A stretch of 64,000 nt of DNA from Eledone cirrhosa (lineage: Eukaryota). Shown piece by piece: positions 24,164 through 37,229 of this stretch. The stretch's first letter is position 1. Each line of letters begins with the position of its first letter. The translations under genes were made by a program, and so were the position numbers. The DNA lies in the NCBI GenBank assembly GCA_964016885.1, contig OZ024740.1, positions 87,916,001-87,980,000 of the forward strand. The letters run 5' to 3'. The notes below the pieces were generated by a model. It did not search any database and was not told where the DNA came from. It worked only from the letters and a program-made list of their open reading frames with translations.

Positions 24164-26924
24164 TACGTAGTGGATATCATGTTAGAAGTAACAGAACAGA
24201 ATAAAAGAACTAAAGCTTAAAGCAAGTAAGGCCCCCTCTGATTTGGAGTGTGTCCGAGTAGTGTAATACATTTTTCTGTCTGGGGAGATTAATGTTAGCG
24301 TTTATCTTTGATGAGTTGAAGAAATTTTAAAGTCAGAAACAAACTATTCTTTCTTAGAGAAAAGGGAATATTTGATTTTGTGGATAACATAAATTTCAAT
24401 GGTCCCAATTATGTTTATAGCGTAGAGGAAAACATTCAGCAACCATGATCTTTAGTAAGGCTCTCAACAATGTTTTTAACTGTTTAGTCTTGGGGGAACG
24501 ATTGCACTCATGACCATTTATTTTTCGTGGCCCTCTGAGATTATAACAGAATTGCTCGTAACAGAGAAGCCTAAATACTGGAAGCCCAACTTCATTCAAA
24601 AAATGTGAACCAACCTAACGTTATACTAGAATACGCTTGGTCAAAATGGGACACAGTGGAATCGAACCAGGTATACCATGATTGAGAAACGAATTTGTAG
24701 TTTTTTGTGCATATTATATAGGAAATCAAGAATTAAAAGCATCTCTAGAACGAGACATCTTAAAAACTACTTCATGTAATCACTAATATAGCAGTTCATT
24801 TATCTTCTTTTATTCAAGACGATTAACGAAAAGCACACTACTTTGTTTCAGATTGTGTACTTTATGAATAGAATAATACTTAATAGTTCGAAGAAAAAGA
24901 ATACTAAAATAACAACCGTGGTGTGAAAAAATGTCAAGATCTTAGCAGATCATATTCATTTTTATGAAGAAATATTTAAGGTAATGTATTGTATATATAA
25001 TCATGATATAATTTACAGATCGCTTATTTTATTTTTCTGACAGAGAAGAATCACCTCAGTAGGATACTACATTGTTAAAATATAAAATGGCGTCTCTCAC
25101 TAGTTTTGAGTTAAAATCACAATGGCTGACACTAGTGTATCAAATATTCAGTATTCAGCTTTTTTTTTATTTTTCGTTGTATTGTATGAATTTTAGAATG
25201 CCTAGCTAAGTAAAGAATGATGCTTGTTCTTGCCTTCGGAATCGACCTTCACTGTATCTGTTTTGTCATTAGGTTGAACAATCAAGACAATTTTTTAAAG
25301 TAAAAGAAATAGAAATGTAGATGTTTAAGATAGGAATATCGATTTTATCAGAGTACTTTTTCTGTTGAATGAGAAAATCTATATCTGCATAAATTATATC
25401 TAGTTTCACTCACAATTAAGATCTTTACTTTTGCTTTCGTTTTTGAAAAATTTGAATTTTGAAAGAATTGTAATTATAGAGCAATATATACTTTTTTTTC
25501 GTGGAACAGATTATTTGAATATATGTAAACATTGTAATCTTTATAATCAGCTTTATTAATAGAAAACTATTAACCGGTAACGCTTAACTGTTCGAGTCAA
25601 ACTTTGACTGAAAATCTACTTCAATCAGTAAGGAAATAAAATATTTCCTTCTGCAAGCTATCTCTTATTCACGTGATACAAGCAAATGGAATTAGCCATA
25701 TATTTTCCTTAGCTTAAGTCAGTTCGTATTTATTTATTTCTCTGATAGTATGTAATATCTGACATGAATGCTAAATAAAGGATTCGCTATTTCGCTTCAA
25801 TTTAGTTTACGTCTTTTATCTAGTGTCATATTTCTGTTGAAACGCCTGACACCGAACTCGGCTTAAACGGCTTCACCTGCTTTTTAAACCTATTTCAAGT
25901 ATACAGCTGATGGCAGCTAGTAATGGCTACTGTATGCAACCATTCTATCTCAAAATCTTTTTGTCAATGAACTAGCTCTTTCAAGTTTCTGGCAGTGCTT
26001 TTAATGGCAACCATATATAACCGTGTTAACTTTAAATCCTATTGTCAATCAGCTAAACTTATTCAAGTTCACATTCACTGCTAGCGCCTGCAAAGCTTAC
26101 TATATATAGCGTTTTCTCCTGTAAATCCAGTTGTCACTGAGTTAAACCCTTTCAAGTCCCCAATTGCTGGAAGCATTTGAAATGGTTACTATATTTAACT
26201 ATTCTACTCAATAAATGCTGTTGTTCGAACGATAAAAGTAAAAGACGAGAAACATAAACATAAAAATACACGAAAAGAACGTTGTGGCTATAACAACTAA
26301 AATAAGGATATTAGTCCAACTATATCAGTGTGTATAATATGGAAAGAAATATATTTAGAAAACTATTTGTCAGGGAATTTTAAGCAATTTCTAAATTTTG
26401 AACGCTGCTAGAGTAATTCTGGTTCTGAAAAAGTTTAAAGTCTGGCGTAAATTCTTCAAATACAGTATAATGATGTGCCATACTATGGCATCTAATGAGT
26501 AAATAATGTTTAGAAAATAGAATATATAAACAACTGACTTATTTAGTATAATATTTTATTGTATGTCTGAAATACTAATGAGACATTTAAAAAATAATAA
26601 AAGTTAATAACAACAGCAATAATGATGCCAATGCCTCACAGTGCTTTCACTGTCACTGACGTTGATGCTACTTCTATTACTGATAATCAGGTTACACTGG
26701 CATGGGAAATCAAATTGTATTATGTCTATAATGAGACTAGTTAAATAAATTATTGTGTGTGTGTGTGGAGGGGGAAAAGAGAGGTGTAGGGGTGAAAGAT
26801 GAGAGAAGAGAGAGAGAAAGTGAGAGAAAAAGAGATAGATAGTAAGACAGAGAGAGGGGGAGAGACAGGGGAGAAAGTGAGAGGGAGAGAGTGAGGGAGA
26901 GAGAGTGAAGGAGTGGGAGTGAGT

Positions 26925-27004
<80 letters not shown>

Positions 27005-27321
27005 ATGGATATATATATATATATAATATATATAAATCGAGAGAGAGAGAGAGAGATAGATAGATAGAGAGAGAATGTCAACATATCTTAAGATGCCTTA
27101 GGACGAAATGTTTAATTCTAAATTACAATGATCTGATGTCTCTGCGATGTTACTGAAAATATAATAGAAAAACATCTCGCAGTATGATTTAAATATTTAG
27201 TTAAATTCGCTATAAAGGAGGTTAGTTGTCGTCGTGAATTAACGTCAGTGATCTATAGTGTTAAATATTTATAGTTACATTAGTATTAAAATATTTTTAT
27301 GCAGATAATATTACCAAGTTG

Positions 27322-27386
<65 letters not shown>

Positions 27387-27627
27387 ATGTATTCATATAT
27401 ATATGTGACTGGGGTTGCATATTGAATCAGATTCAAAATGCTCATGCAAACAAACATTTTTGTAGCCTCGTTAAGAATATTACAAGCAGTGATTAATTCG
27501 CCACTAGTCTTTAGAAAACAACAGAGAGCATCTTTGACGGCGCCGTTTTTGGTTTTTTAAGAGAGTCTAACTTCTTGGATACTAAAACGAAAATAAGCTA
27601 AAATATATATATATATATGTGTGTATT

Positions 27628-27675
<48 letters not shown>

Positions 27676-28988
27676 GTGAGAAAAATATAACATTATTCAA
27701 CGACTAACTATCATTTCAATAAATTTCGGCAAGTATGGGAGATAACTACAGAAACCATGTGGGAGAAATGTCATATAGAGCCTGCATGGGATTCAAAGCT
27801 CCATCCTGTTACAGTTATGTCACATTGATCCTGACTGGAAACGGCATTCAGGACCATTTACACTATATTTCAATGAGTAGACAGCTCAGTTGATCAAGTA
27901 ATTAAATACTCATCGTCAAATCCGTCTGAAATCCATTTGTTTAGTTTGTCATAGCTATCAATGAAATAATATCATTAGTAAATTGCGATAGACATTCGAA
28001 TATGCAGAACGATTCAGAACGAAAGAATTGTTAACTGCACGTGGGATCTCTTCTGTCCCCCGTTTCCCCACCCCCACGTGTCCTGCGGTTGGGGTCGTCG
28101 GTCCTGGGGTGGTTAGAGTCACCCCTGAGACTTCTACTCATATTGGGTTTCATCTCATGGTTAAGCGTACCCGTGTGGTGGTGTCGGGCACATGGTGCCT
28201 ATTTGTTTCTGCTCTGCCTGTATTGTTAGGGTTCCACTCCCCCCTCCCCGAGCAACGCAGGTGTGGGTGTCCGTTGGGCCATCCCCATCCCGGTGTTTCG
28301 GACTATATGTTATATTTTGGCCATGTGCCGCTTTATTTAGAGCTGCGTTGTATATAACACAAACACATTTTAATTTACATGATTTCTGATTTTCAACTTT
28401 CAATTTTAAATCTTGATTTCTCTTTATTAATTTGTTATTTGTTTTCTGTTCTCTTCACTGTATCACCTTATATTTATTTTTAAGTTGAGATTGATTATAA
28501 CACAAACACATTTTGTTTGATTATCTTATTTTAACATCTTGTTCCTCATACCAATCTATCCAACATATTTCTGACCTTGAGATTGGTTATAGCACACACA
28601 CACTTTATCCTACTTTATTTGAATCTTCATTTTATGTTTCACTTCTCCATATTCATTTTCTTTACTTTTTCACCAATTTTTCATTTATTCTTTATTCTCT
28701 ATTTATTATTTATATTCTGTTTTCTTCATTTATTGCCTTATATTTCTTCATATACATGTTAATGTGGATGTACATTTTTAACTTAATTGTTTAAGCGTCA
28801 GTCATACAAAAGTGAGTTACAAACGAAACGAAATTTTATTTCGTTTCGTTATTTGTTTTTATCGTCTCCGTTGAACCGGTACGTACTCACGCTCTATGCA
28901 AATTAGTCTGCCCACTACTAATTTTCATAGAAAAAGCATATAACGATATGTGCTTTTACGATTCTCTAGAAAGGCCGGAAGATAGGTA

Positions 28989-29033
28989 AATATTGCTGAT
29001 GAGATGTAACAACATCGAAACTAGTTCAATATT
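28989..29033 (+). ncRNA. Minimal type I hammerhead ribozyme motif (family H1)
   Basis: aatattg-CTGATGA-gatgt aaca acatc-GAAA-ctagt-t-caatatt: 7-bp stem I, stem II, palindromic stem III ACTAGT, GUU triplet. Confidence 0.85.
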
Positions 29034-29248
29034 CCTTGTCTGGCTTTCTGGAGAATAGAGGAAAGGTGTTTCCTCAAAAACCAGTATGACTCTAAAAACC
29101 GGTTTGTCTGTGTGTTTACATACAGAATAGCTGGACACTCACAGTAAAGTGACCAGTGAAAAACTCGGTACATCTACATATGTATACGTGTGTGTATTCA
29201 TATGCATACTAGTATTTCAGTATACATATGTGGATGTACATTTTTAAC

Positions 29249-29325
<77 letters not shown>

Positions 29326-29564
29326 GTATATAGTATATATATATATATATATATACATATATATAGTGACTAGTATATACATATATATATATATATATAT
29401 ATTGTTATACTTTGGGAGGGTCATGTTGCCAATAAGAAACACACGCACCAGTTGCTTTCACTTCAATTTATTATATATTTATAAATTTATAAATTTACAA
29501 ATTTACAAACTTATAAATTTCTGGTTGGTTGGTTGGTTCCACAACCAGATAGTTGTTTATATAT

Positions 29565-29609
29565 AGTCATAGTCCTTTCGTCACACACTCTGTGACCTCT
29601 TCAGTGACT
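29565..29609 (-). ncRNA. Hammerhead ribozyme motif (family H2) in the PLE pLTR, sense to the RT
   Basis: Exact reverse complement of 31199-31243. Confidence 0.8.
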
Positions 29610-29869
29610 GGGGATTCCTTTCTTCGTTTCTGTGCCTTTCCTTTCTTCTATCCTACGCCATTTTGTTTCTTTGTGTGTGTTGTGTGCTCAGTTTGCGCAT
29701 GCGCCACATCCGGGTGTCTGTGTGTGTTTGTGTTCATTTATCTATTTGTTTATTTATTTATTTATTTATTGTTGGTTGGTTGTTTGTTCTATGTGTGTGT
29801 GTGTTTTCATTTTGTCCTGTGTGTGTTTTCATTTTGTGTGTGTTTTCATTTTGTCCTTAATTGTAAGTT

Positions 29870-30749
29870 GGAGGTACCAGGTCTTTCTACTATCTTAATA
29901 TTGAGATTATGTTTATTTAGGGCCCTTCTAAATTTGTAGGCTAGTTCGCCTCTAGGGGTTGTATTGATGAACATTACACTCTGGTATTTATTGCTATCAT
30001 ACCATGAGTTTATTCTATTGGCCTTGTTCCTAGTTCTTTCTATTCTATTCCAAAATTTGCTCCTATACAAGGGGCAGGTCCCATTTATGTCATTATTTAC
30101 CATTTTTTCCCATTTGGTTCTGGCTCCTTTATACACTCTGATTCTATCTCTCTGATTGTAGCCAGAGAACTGCATACGGTGGATGAAGTGTTGTATGTGT
30201 CTCTCTAGTTCTTCGGGGTTGCACATGCGGGACACATTTTTCATCACCCGTACCAAATCCGCAATCAGTATGTTGATTTTGGTATGGTCCGAAATGGCCG
30301 AGTTTCGGTGGATCAGATGTTTGGAAGTCATGGGTTTGGCATAATGGGAATGGAGGATTTGTTTTTGGTTGTTAATGGTATCTAACCAGAGCTCTGTGTC
30401 TAGTACAGGTAATCGATGGTTGGGGTGTCTACTTGGGTAGTCTATAGTAACTCTAATGCTCTGGTGGATGGAGTTTGCTATTTTCTGGATGCTTTCCATT
30501 GTGTTTTTCTCTAGTTCCTGACTGTTCTTAAGTGGGGGTGTCTTAACTACGATGATTATATCATCTACGTAGCGGGAGTACATTATCAGGGTTAAGCTGT
30601 CTTCTAATTGTTCATTAAGTTTTTGTTTAAGTCTACTGTCCCACCATACCATGAATAAGTTAGCTATGTCGCCTGCAATGCTAACACCAATGGCTGCTCC
30701 TTCCTCTTGGGCATATGTTTTACCATTAAATTTGAACATATGTTCCTTA
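29870..30749 (-). pseudogene. Penelope-like reverse transcriptase, C-terminal part and thumb (endonuclease deleted)
   Basis: From KEHMFKFNGKTYAQEEGAAIG to IVERPGT; the first 47 aa of the ORF-track protein come from the inverted segment. Confidence 0.9.
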
Positions 30750-30989
30750 AGGGGAACGAATAAATGAACACTGGCGAGACCTCCAAGATAATAAAGAATC
30801 ATCTGTGCTCTACCAACATGCTTAGATAGAACACAGGGGTAGATTAGAGAGCATAGAAATAAAAATAGAATCCACACACAGAAAAGACGCAATGTTTAGG
30901 CAAATTACAGAGGCAGTAAGCATAAAAGAATTAAAACCAAAATTAAATAGAAAATATGAGTGGAACAGCAACATCACAACTTACAATTA
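30750..30989 (+). pseudogene. C-terminal half of the PLE GIY-YIG endonuclease within the inverted pLTR
   Basis: Plus frame GERINEHWRDLQDNKESSVLYQHA*IEH...DAMFRQITEAVSIKELKPKLNRKYEWN, matching the R..EH / H / RQI.EA..I / LN.K.EW pattern of PLE endonucleases. Confidence 0.85.
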
Positions 30990-31198
30990 AGGACAAAATG
31001 AAAACACACACACACATAGAACAAACAACCAACCAACAATAAATAAATAAATAAATAAACAAATAGATAAATGAACACAAACACACACAGACACCCGGAT
31101 GTGGCGCATGCGCAAACTGAGCACACAACACACACACAGAAACAAAATGGCGTAGGATAGAAGAAAGGAAAGGCACAGAAACGAAGAAAGGAATCCCC

Positions 31199-31243
31199 AG
31201 TCACTGAAGAGGTCACAGAGTGTGTGACGAAAGGACTATGACT
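31199..31243 (+). ncRNA. Hammerhead ribozyme motif (family H2)
   Basis: agtca-CTGAAGA-g-gtcac...gtgac-GAAA-ggact-a-tgact: 5-bp stem I, 5-bp stem II, short stem III, CUA triplet. Confidence 0.8.
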
Positions 31244-31718
31244 ATATATAAACAACTATCTGGTTGTGGAACCAACCAACCAACCAGAAATTTATAAGTT
31301 TGTAAATTTGTAAATTTATAAATTTATAAATATATAATAAATTGAAGTGAAAGCAACTGGTGCGTGTGTTTCTTATTGGCAACATGACCCCCCCAAAGTA
31401 TAACAATATATATATATATATATATAAAAACAAATAACGAAACGAAATTAAATTTCGTTTCATTTGTAACTCACTTTTGTATGACTGACGCTTAAACAAT
31501 TAAGTTAAAAGTGTACATCCACATATGTATACTGAAATACTAGTATGCATATAAATACACACACGTATACATATGTACATGTACCGAGTCTTTCACTGGA
31601 CACTTTACTGTGAGTGTCCAGCTAGTCTGTATGTAACCAAACAGACAAACCGGTTTTTAGAGTCATACGGGTTTTCAAGGAAACACCTTTCCTCTATTCT
31701 CCAGAGAGCCAGACAGGA

Positions 31719-31761
31719 ATATTGGACTAGTTTCGATGTTATTACATCTCATCAGCAATAT
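31719..31761 (-). ncRNA. Hammerhead ribozyme motif (family H1, canonical GUC site)
   Basis: Minus strand atattg-CTGATGA-gatgtaataacatc-GAAA-ctagt-c-caatat. Confidence 0.88.
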
Positions 31762-31975
31762 ATACCCATCTTCCGGCTTCTCTAGAGAATCGTAAAAGCA
31801 TATATCGTTATATGCTTTTTCTATGAAAATTAGTAGTGGGCAGACTAATTTGCATAGAACGTGCATTTATACTATAATTGTTTATATATATATATATATG
31901 TATATACTAGTCACTATATATATGTATATATATATATATATATATACTATATACTATATATGTATATATATATAT

Positions 31976-32012
<37 letters not shown>

Positions 32013-32028
32013 CATACCTATGCATACA

Positions 32029-32148
<120 letters not shown>

Positions 32149-32171
32149 TGTATAGGTATGTATATATATAT

Positions 32172-32311
32172 ATACAAGTTAATATAAATGAATATATGAT
32201 AAACACCTAAGTGTTTGTATTGTGAAAGACAAAAGTTAGCTAGCTAACTTTTGTCTTTTACAATACAAACACTTAGGTGTTTATCATATATTCATTTATA
32301 TTAACTTGTAT
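32172..32311. repeat. Near-perfect 140-bp palindrome next to (TA)n
   Basis: atacaagttaatataaatg...gttagctagctaac...catttatattaacttgtat. Confidence 0.92.
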
Positions 32312-32381
32312 TACACGGCTCGGAAATGCTTCTTTCTTTGAGCTAATTAATTGTAAATGACTCTTTGAGTGTATACTCTAA

Positions 32382-32440
<59 letters not shown>

Positions 32441-33562
32441 CTATATAAACATATGTGTATATGTATATATAAAATGTTATTTAATGCTTAGAGTGGTGGA
32501 TTGGCAGAATTGATAGAGCATTGGATAAGCTGCCTTGCCATTCTAGTATTTGTTCTAGTATACATTCCACTGAGGTCAATTTTGTCTTTCATCTTTCTGG
32601 GTTCAATAAAATAAAGTACCAGTCAAGAACTGGAGTTGATTTAATTCACTTCGCCCTCTTCCTACCAAAACAATTTCTTGACCTTTTGCCTAAATTAGAA
32701 ATCAATACATGTAATGGATATTTGGAGTCTAAGAACGCAGCATGTCCAAATAGTTAAGAAGCTCGCATCTTAATCATAAGATATTGGGTTCTATCCCACT
32801 GCACTCTATCTTGGCCAACTGTAATTTATCTCAGCCTTTAGGGGGAAATTTGGTTAGATGAAAGCTTGTCAGACGCTCTGTGCCTGTTATTCAAACGACT
32901 ACAGTGTAAAACGCTGGACCACACTGAAAATGACGCTAAAACTACACGTGTCTGTGGAATCCACGTACACATTAACTTAACGAGTAGTTGATCGAAGAAC
33001 TGGAATACTCGTAATCGAAAGCAACGGAGATCCATTTACTTTTACTTTATTTGTAGCCTGTTATCTATTTACTCTGTATGGTGGACATCACCATCCCGAC
33101 TTTTTCTATATCAAGGACTACATTATATTATCCTCCGTTTCTAAAAGATGGTATGGCTTTTTTTGGCAATTGTTTCTAACTGGTTGAACGACGGTGTAGT
33201 GGTTTTGTTGTAGGCTTGTTGATGTTGTTATAAGAAGAAGTATTTGTTCATGCACATAACAACATACATATACCACATCTATGTTTAAGTTCGTATACGT
33301 AGCAACAAGCATACACAAACACACACACATACACACACACAAACACATACAAACATACACGCACACATATACGCACCACATCTATCTATATATATATATA
33401 AATATATGTGTAAATAAATATATATATATATATATGTAGGAGGTGAGTTTTATTGTAGTACAATAAAGCAATGCAGATATCGGATAAGTAGCACTCTACA
33501 GTTTGTAGGACTGGAGTATAAATAATATATAAGATCAAAAGATGGTTAAAAGTGTTCCATGT

Positions 33563-33631
33563 ATTTTATTATGCGCATTTCAAAAACAAATATCATCATG
33601 CAATAACATTTGTGTTTTCGTCAGATAAAAT
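33563..33631 (-). ncRNA. Hammerhead ribozyme motif (family H3)
   Basis: Reverse complement of 33751-33819 with two stem II differences. Confidence 0.78.
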
Positions 33632-33750
33632 AGGGAGACATGATATGAAGGTTAAAACACACTTGTGAATAGTACAGTTTTAAATCAACATTATTGATTT
33701 AAAACTGCACTATTCACAAGTGTGTTTTAACCTTCATATCATGTCTCCCT

Positions 33751-33819
33751 ATTTTATCTGACGAAAACGCAAATGTTATTGCATGATGATATTTGTTTAT
33801 GAAATGCGCATAATAAAAT
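33751..33819 (+). ncRNA. Hammerhead ribozyme motif (family H3)
   Basis: attttat-CTGACGA-[extended stem II]-GAAA-tgcgcat-a-ataaaat: 7-bp stem I, palindromic stem III ATGCGCAT, AUA triplet. Confidence 0.78.
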
Positions 33820-33850
33820 ACATGGAACTCTTTTAACCATCTTTTGATCT

Positions 33851-33936
<86 letters not shown>

Positions 33937-34387
33937 AGGAACGAATAGGACCCCGACGGCTGAGCTCAAGCCGTTTCGACGTTATGGTCCACCTGGTTCC
34001 TTACCACATTTCCTCCGTTATATATATAAGTAGAAGGGATATTTAATTTGTTGGAAATTCAACAAATATAAATGTTTATAACTGATTCAGAGCACTCGAC
34101 AAGTTTCTGGAGTAAATATTGCTTTACCAAATTTCTGTAAATTGTGTATTGAAGAAATTTTTTATATAATTAACTGTCAAAAGTCTATTAATCTCAGGAC
34201 AGAATTATTTAATTCTTGCAGACATCGCCAAAATTATACATTCAGAACTATGTGTAATTTATAATATCCCTATAAATCTTCAAAATGATCCTATCTTTTT
34301 TAACAATTTAAATTTTTAATATATTAATAACTCTAAATCATAATATCTCTAATATTTGTAGTACTTTCACCTTTCAGCAAAAATTTC

Positions 34388-34433
<46 letters not shown>

Positions 34434-34440
34434 TCTCCAC

Positions 34441-34520
<80 letters not shown>

Positions 34521-34553
34521 TCTCCACCACTCCCCTACACACCTTTTGAACTC

Positions 34554-34590
34554 TTACCTGAAGAAGGGCCTATGCCCGAAACGTCGTCCT
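34554..34590 (+). ncRNA. Hammerhead-like motif (family H4), stem I weak
   Basis: CTGAAGA-a-gggc ctat gccc-GAAA-cgt-c: palindromic ACGT and GUC triplet, but only about 2 bp of stem I. Confidence 0.55.
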
Positions 34591-35677
34591 CCACCTACCC
34601 CCCACTCTCCTGAGCGTGAATCTAATAAACATTTGTCGTACTGCCTCTCTGTTCTGTCCCTGTTCAATTTTTTATTATATATATATATATATATATATAT
34701 TTATTTATATATATATGTGTATATATATTTATATATATTTATGTATATCTATATCATTTTAATTTTAATTTTAATTTTTTAATTTTTTAATTCTTTATTT
34801 TTCCAATGACACCCTCTAAAGCTATTTTTTTAAACGTAGATTAATAACCATTAACTGACTTTAGGAAAATGTATCCTATTCAAGACGATGTTTAAACATT
34901 CATATTTCTTTCGACTAAATAATTAATTAATCTCTCACTAACTCTTAAAAAAATGTATCGATTAACAAACAAAATTGGAGTTATCTTTCCTTTCTCAATC
35001 ATATAAACTTATTATACCTAACTCCGTTAATTTAAAACATTCGCAAAGCCGAACAAGTTATCTAAATATATAAATTCATAATTTTAACTACCTATTTATT
35101 TACATAAAATACAAAATCAACTTCCTCGTAACTCATATTAAAAGCAACCACCTAAAACTTGAACTACCTATTTATTTATTTATTTATTTATCTACATAAA
35201 ATACAAAATCAACTCCCACGTAACTCATATTATAAACAACTAATAATTGCAAATTATCTTTTTAATAAAAATACATATGCTATTATTAAAATATATATAG
35301 ATATTTATATATTTAACCCACAACAATATTATAAGATAAATACTTACAAACATAATTCTCCATACATAATATAGGTAAATATTCAAATTTATTTCCCCCA
35401 AATTAACGTATATAAGTGGTCTTCTTTTTCCTTTTCCTTCTTCTTCTTTTTCCTCTTTTTCCTTTTTTCTTTTTTCTTTCTTTCTCTCTTACTAATATAT
35501 CTAAACTTTCCATAGCGTTTAAAATAACGGTTTTTCAATCTCAACATTATTTACATATTCATTTGCATACTCATCCATAAGTTTGAAAAATCCGTTCTTT
35601 AATCTCAATACCCAAGGAAAATTCAGCTGATAAGGTATGTTTCCTTGGCTATGTCAAAATTTATAAAACACTCTTTG

Positions 35678-35741
35678 TATTTTATCTGATGAAAGCGTAC
35701 CAAAGTTTTTGGTACCCTTGAAATATATATATAATAGAATA
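35678..35741 (+). ncRNA. Hammerhead ribozyme motif (family H5)
   Basis: tattttat-CTGATGA-aagcgtaccaaa gtt tttggtaccctt-GAAA-tatatatat-a-atagaata: 8-bp stem I with one G-U pair, long stem II, (AT)n stem III. Confidence 0.78.
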
Positions 35742-35780
35742 AATATGGTTTTATAAATATAGTTTCCATTTATTTAATAT

Positions 35781-35838
<58 letters not shown>

Positions 35839-36097
35839 ATATATGTATTCTTGCAGATATCAATATGCATATATATATACATGTATATATACATGTATAT
35901 ATATATATGTATATATACATGTTCAAGTACATAACAACATCCATGACACACACACACACATACATCCATGTATATATTTGTGTACAAAGCAATATGCAGA
36001 CACCACATGTTTTTATGCATATGTTCGTGCAAATAGTACACGTATACACCACATCCACATGTGTATTCGAGTTAATAGCAACATGCACGCACGCACG

Positions 36098-36150
<53 letters not shown>

Positions 36151-37229
36151 CGCATTCCTATATACGGTTACCCACATAGCAACACACCCCATCCACGTAT
36201 GTAATTTTTCGCGCATATACACATCCTTGCATACAGTTACTCATCTGCATCATATCAATGTATGCATGTCACTGCTGGTATGATCAAATGTCTTTTAGGT
36301 TTGCTTCACAACGATGAGTTTCCGGGTTCGATCACACATCAATGTCATCTTGGGCAAGTGTCGTTTAGGATATATATCTAAATCTTGTGAATAAAACCGA
36401 GTAAACTGAAATTGTATGGAAGCTCATACATTGGATTATGCCAGTAATTTTATAGACCACTCTTACTAAATATTTTGTGACGTTGACTCAATCTAAGGAT
36501 AAAACATAAAAACAACACTTAACTAATAGTGGAAAAGACTCATTCTCTCTTATATACATATATATAAACCAGGTATGAACTCAAAGGAACCAAATTCCCA
36601 CTGTCACAGCCTCCATCTCTCCCCCTTTCCCCACCTCTCACTATTGTGAGCAAATGGGGGCTCACGCGCTGGTCGCCCTGCGGCCCCCGCGGCCCCGGCG
36701 GACAGAATAGAGAAGGTGTTTCCCCGGAGGTTGATAAAAGAGACGCGCTGGAAGAGCCATTCCAGCTCGCTTACATTAAAAGAACACATGTCTATGGAGT
36801 ACTAGGCCACACGTTAATTTCACAACTATGTAGTTCAGTTAATCGAAACTCACAAAGATTCCATCGAAGCCGTTATAGCCGTTATAGCCGTCGCTAATGC
36901 ATTGAATAGCCGTAACTCCAAAATTTTATTTTTCTAAAACAAAATTAAGTATATGTATCTGAACGTTAACTGAAAATCTAATCAAATTTAGGAGTACATT
37001 AATTAGAGGTTTGGTATGATTTTAAAGAATTACAAATTAAGAATATTTAAACCTGAGAATGTTCGAGCAAGTGTAATCAGATAAACTGTGGACATTTAAC
37101 TATTTCAATATATAAAATGTCTTCGAATTTCAGATTTAATTACATAATGTATATACAAACAATAATTTTTAATATATGTAAAATTTTATACGACTTTTAG
37201 TCTTTGGCTTCTTTGGTTTGTACATAGAA

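Larger units (their letters stand above)
29395..31420 (-). mobile_element. Penelope-like element: 5'-truncated RT, 3' pLTR (29395-29870) and inverted pLTR (30750-31420)
   Basis: RT motifs GAAIG..IA..IANLFM, YSRYVDD, LPVLD, HYAKPM..NSA; 29395-29870 is the reverse complement of 30977-31420; (TA)n flanks; hammerheads in both pLTR copies. Confidence 0.92.
33526..33856. mobile_element. About 330-bp fold-back (inverted pLTR-like) element abutting (TA)n
   Basis: Arms nearly perfectly complementary, centre near 33690; one hammerhead per arm. Confidence 0.9.
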
